From an uncultured bacterium (GTDB lineage: Bacteria > Auribacterota > JACPWU01), in NCBI GenBank assembly GCA_964640155.1, contig CAZXEQ010000007.1, positions 153,048 through 185,047 on the forward strand: a DNA stretch of 32,000 bases. The letters run 5' to 3'. Of this stretch, positions 28,426 to 32,000 are shown in pieces; position 1 is the stretch's first letter; each line of letters starts with the position of its first letter. The notes beneath the pieces were generated by a model. It was not told where the DNA came from, searched no databases, and was given only the letters and a program-made list of their open reading frames with translations. The position numbers and the translations under genes were made by a program.

Positions 28426-30105
28426 ATGCTTACAGAAGAAACTATGACCCAACAAATTGATAATGAGGACTTTAAGTCGTTATACGAGAGTACGTTTAAG
28501 GAATTTAAGGAAGAAAATGTAGTAAAGGGGACTGTCATCTCCATTAAAAAAGATGAGGTTCTTGTCGATATTGGTTACAAATCAGAGGGGGTCATAGCTC
28601 TAAGTGAATTCACTGAAGGCGCTCCTAAACCAGGAGACGTCATCGAAGTTTTCCTTGAAAGTAAAGAAAACGATGATGGTGTAGTCGTACTTTCCAAGCA
28701 AAAAGCAACAAAGGTTTTAGGTTGGGAAAGAATTATTTCTTCATGTAAAGAAGGTCAAACCATCGAAGGCCGCGTATGCAGAAAAGTCAAAGGCGGACTT
28801 ATGGTAGACATCGGAATGGAAGCTTTTTTACCCGCCTCTCAAATTGATGTAAAATCCCTGCGCGAAATTTCAATTGATGATTATCTTTATAAAGTCTATC
28901 AATTCAAAGTCATCAAAATTAATGCAGAGAAAAAGAATATTATTCTCTCCAGAAGAGAATTACTGGAAGAGCAAAGAAAAGAAGATCGTGGGAAGCTCCT
29001 TGAACAAATCAAACCTGGGGATGTTCGAAAAGGTCGTGTTAAAAATATCACTGACTTCGGTGTGTTCATCGATCTTAATGGTATTGATGGACTTTTACAT
29101 ATTACGGACATGACTTGGGGACGCATCAATCATCCTTCAGAGTTATTATCTTTAGGTCAAGAAATTCAAGTACAGATCTTGGATTTTGATCGCGAAAAAG
29201 AAAGAGTTTCTTTAGGACTTAAACAACTTCAACCCAGCCCTTGGGAAAAAGCTCAAGAGAAATATGCTGTGGGTACCAAAGTAAAGGGAAGAGTTGTCAA
29301 TCTAGTTCCTTATGGAGCCTTTGTTGAAATTGAAAAAGGTATTGAAGGGCTCATTCATATTTCTGAACTTTCTTGGATTAAGCGCATTAATCATCCTTCA
29401 GAAGTTCTTAAGCTGGATGATGAAATTGAAGCTGTTGTTCTTGAAATCGATCCAGCCAATAAAAAGCTTTCACTGGGAATCAAGCAAACAGGGCTTAATC
29501 CGTGGACTGTGATTTCTAGCAAATATCCAATTGGTGCCAAAGCCAAAGGTATTGTGCGAAATCTTGTATCCTATGGTGCCTTTGTTGAATTAGAACCAGG
29601 CATCGATGGTCTGATTCATATCTCAGACTTTTCTTGGACTCGAAAAATCAATCATCCTTCAGAACTCTTAAAGAAGGGGGATGAAGTTGAGACAGTTGTA
29701 TTATCCATTGAGGCAGAAAATAAGAAGATTTCCTTGGGGCTTAAACAACTCCAAGAAGATCCTTGGCTTCGCATCAATGAGATCTATCAACCTGGACAGT
29801 CCATTGAAGGTAAAGTCACCAAGGTAACCGGCTTTGGAGCTTTCATAGAGCTTGCAGAAGGAATCGAAGGTCTTGTACACATTTCCCAAATTTCCAATCA
29901 AGAGTTCAAAAAACTCGAAGATGTTATCAAAGAGGGTGATGTTGTCAAAGCTACGATTCTTAAAGTTGAATCTGCTGAAAGACGAATTGCTCTTAGCATG
30001 AAAGACCTTGAGGAAATTTCTCTCAGTCGTGAAGAAGGATTAGCAGCTGAAAAGAAAGGGGCTAAAAAGCCTCGTGCTAAAACTTCTCAACCTGAAAACG
30101 AATAA
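28426..30105 (+). CDS. rpsA: 30S ribosomal protein S1
   Basis: 559 aa with six tandem S1/OB repeats (recurring G.V......GAFV.L..GIEGL.HIS motif). A strong SD is present. Confidence 0.95.
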   Translation: MLTEETMTQQIDNEDFKSLYESTFKEFKEENVVKGTVISIKKDEVLVDIGYKSEGVIALSEFTEGAPKPGDVIEVFLESKENDDGVVVLSKQKATKVLGWERIISSCKEGQTIEGRVCRKVKGGLMVDIGMEAFLPASQIDVKSLREISIDDYLYKVYQFKVIKINAEKKNIILSRRELLEEQRKEDRGKLLEQIKPGDVRKGRVKNITDFGVFIDLNGIDGLLHITDMTWGRINHPSELLSLGQEIQVQILDFDREKERVSLGLKQLQPSPWEKAQEKYAVGTKVKGRVVNLVPYGAFVEIEKGIEGLIHISELSWIKRINHPSEVLKLDDEIEAVVLEIDPANKKLSLGIKQTGLNPWTVISSKYPIGAKAKGIVRNLVSYGAFVELEPGIDGLIHISDFSWTRKINHPSELLKKGDEVETVVLSIEAENKKISLGLKQLQEDPWLRINEIYQPGQSIEGKVTKVTGFGAFIELAEGIEGLVHISQISNQEFKKLEDVIKEGDVVKATILKVESAERRIALSMKDLEEISLSREEGLAAEKKGAKKPRAKTSQPENE

Positions 30106-30126
30106 TTTCACAAGCGGTCTGTTCTC

Positions 30127-31353
30127 ATGAATTCTGTTGATGATCAACTTAAAGTCCTGAAGCGAGGAACAGTTGAACTCATCACAGAAGAAGAGTTTCG
30201 CAAGAAGCTTGAAAAATCTATCCGAGAAAAAAAACCTCTTCGTGTTAAATATGGAGCAGATCCATCTGCTCCTGATATTCACTTAGGGCATACCGTTGGT
30301 TTAAGAAAACTTCGCCAATTTCAAGATCTTGGACATCAAGTTGTTTTCATTGTGGGGGACTTTACAGCCACAATTGGAGATCCTTCAGGCCAATCTAAAA
30401 CTCGTCCTATTTTGACAAAAGAACAAGTTTTGGAAAATGCAAAAACTTATCAAGAACAAATTTTTAAAATCCTTGATCGCAATAAAACAGAGATTCATTT
30501 TAACAGTGAATGGTTTGAGAAAATGAATTTCTCTGACGTTGTAAAACTTGCAGCCCAATACAATGTCGCTCGCATGTTAGAGCGCGATGATTTTTCAATC
30601 CGATACAAAGAAGGAAAACCCATTTCTGTTTTAGAATTTCTTTATCCTCTGATTCAAGGCCATGATTCATGCATGATCAAAGCAGACGTGGAGATTGGGG
30701 GAACAGACCAAACCTTCAATCTGCTTGTTGGACGCGATCTACAGAGAAATGCAGCGCAAGAGGCACAGGTTGTTATGACGCTACCTCTTCTTGAAGGACT
30801 TGATGGAAAAAAGAAAATGAGTAAAAGCTTAGGCAATTATATCGGCATTACAGAATCGTCTAAAGAAATGTTTGGAAAGTTGATGTCTATTCCTGACGAA
30901 CTTATTTCAAAGTATCTGAGACTACTGACAAACACTGAAGAAAACACCATTCAAGAATACGAACAAAAAATATCTAGAGCAGAATTAAATCCAATGATTG
31001 TCAAAAAAGAATTAGCTCAAAAAATTATTGAGCAATTCTACAATTCTCAAATTGCTCAGGAGTCTCAACAAGAATTCGAAAAGATTTTTTCTAAAAAAGA
31101 GCTTCCAACTGAGATTGAAGAGTTTACTTTAGAACCTTCTTTAGAAAATTCCAAAATTTGGATCGTAAAAATATTACAGCAAATGGGTCTTGTGAGCTCT
31201 AGCAGCGAAGCACGAAGATCCATTCAACAAAATGCTGTAACCGTAGATGGCATCAAGGTTTCCAGTGAAGATGAACAAGTCATTTTAAAGCAAGGAATCA
31301 TCATTCAAGTAGGAAAAAGAAAATTTAAGAAAATTTATTTCAAAAAAGCTTGA
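30127..31353 (+). CDS. tyrS: Tyrosine-tRNA ligase
   Basis: HIGH motif (DIHLGHTVG), KMSKS, and a C-terminal S4-like domain ([18 protein letters not shown]). Confidence 0.95.
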   Translation: MNSVDDQLKVLKRGTVELITEEEFRKKLEKSIREKKPLRVKYGADPSAPDIHLGHTVGLRKLRQFQDLGHQVVFIVGDFTATIGDPSGQSKTRPILTKEQVLENAKTYQEQIFKILDRNKTEIHFNSEWFEKMNFSDVVKLAAQYNVARMLERDDFSIRYKEGKPISVLEFLYPLIQGHDSCMIKADVEIGGTDQTFNLLVGRDLQRNAAQEAQVVMTLPLLEGLDGKKKMSKSLGNYIGITESSKEMFGKLMSIPDELISKYLRLLTNTEENTIQEYEQKISRAELNPMIVKKELAQKIIEQFYNSQIAQESQQEFEKIFSKKELPTEIEEFTLEPSLENSKIWIVKILQQMGLVSSSSEARRSIQQNAVTVDGIKVSSEDEQVILKQGIIIQVGKRKFKKIYFKKA

Positions 31354-31377
31354 CTCAAAAGGGACCTGTGATATTAT
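31350..31377 (+). promoter_or_regulatory. rRNA operon promoter candidate (extended -10)
   Basis: TTGACT (31350-31355, overlapping the tyrS stop), a 16-nt spacer, TG at 31369-31370, then TATTAT (31372-31377). Confidence 0.45.
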
Positions 31378-31431
31378 ATCCCCCGCTAAAGGAAAAGAAG
31401 CTTAAACTCCTTGGCACAAGCGATGTTAGAG

Positions 31432-31444
31432 GGTCTTTGAAAAC
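31432..31444 (+). promoter_or_regulatory. boxA-like antitermination element in the rRNA leader
   Basis: GGTCTTTGAAAAC resembles the rrn leader boxA (GCTCTTTAACAA / GTTCTTTGAAAAC type). It lies about 90 nt upstream of the 16S 5' end. Confidence 0.4.
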
Positions 31445-31528
31445 TGAATAGTGCGGTACATGTTAGTGTTCATTTGAGTAAAGTAGTAAACTCTGAAACA
31501 TTTTCCTGATACAAGGAAATAATTTTTC

Positions 31529-32000
<472 letters not shown>

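Noticed and set aside
28299-28544. 81-aa minus-strand ORF across the plsC end, the rpsA leader and the rpsA start
   Set aside because: It overlaps two well-supported genes and the rpsA promoter and SD region. It has no SD or domain signal.

Overview
This is a low-GC bacterial chromosomal segment. It is almost entirely coding and almost entirely on the + strand. The partial 16S rRNA at the 3' end carries GGCTGCAGTCGAGAATC in place of the usual GGCAGCAGTGGGGAAT, which from memory suggests a PVC-superphylum lineage (Chlamydiota, Verrucomicrobiota or Omnitrophota-like); this needs a database check.

Gene order:
- A type II secretion tail (gspK-like plus L-like and M-like genes), translationally coupled to three GT4 glycosyltransferases and a polyprenyl-phosphate sugar transferase.
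- Two small membrane proteins followed by tolQ/tolR-like genes.
- A biotin operon: SDR, beta-ketoacyl-ACP synthase (KAS), bioF and bioA, preceded by a perfect 11-bp inverted repeat with BirA-operator architecture.
- A lone minus-strand gene for a secreted repeat protein with a Tyr/Gly-rich tail.
- A DoxX-like gene and a polyprenyl diphosphate synthase.
- A GC-rich long hairpin of about 135 nt.
- ligA and xerD.
- A small island: a minus-strand XRE-HTH plus minimal nucleotidyltransferase pair, divergent from an orphan gene of about 540 aa.
- trpS, scpA, scpB, pheA, the DAHP synthase gene, tyrA, plsC, rpsA and tyrS.
- An rRNA promoter and leader, then the 16S 5' end.

The two best candidates for something new are the HTH/NTase/orphan island between xerD and trpS (possible toxin-antitoxin or defence-like module) and the BirA-operator-controlled fab-like gene pair in the bio operon (possible dedicated pimelate-moiety route). 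All functional calls come from reading motifs in the supplied translations. No database search was run.
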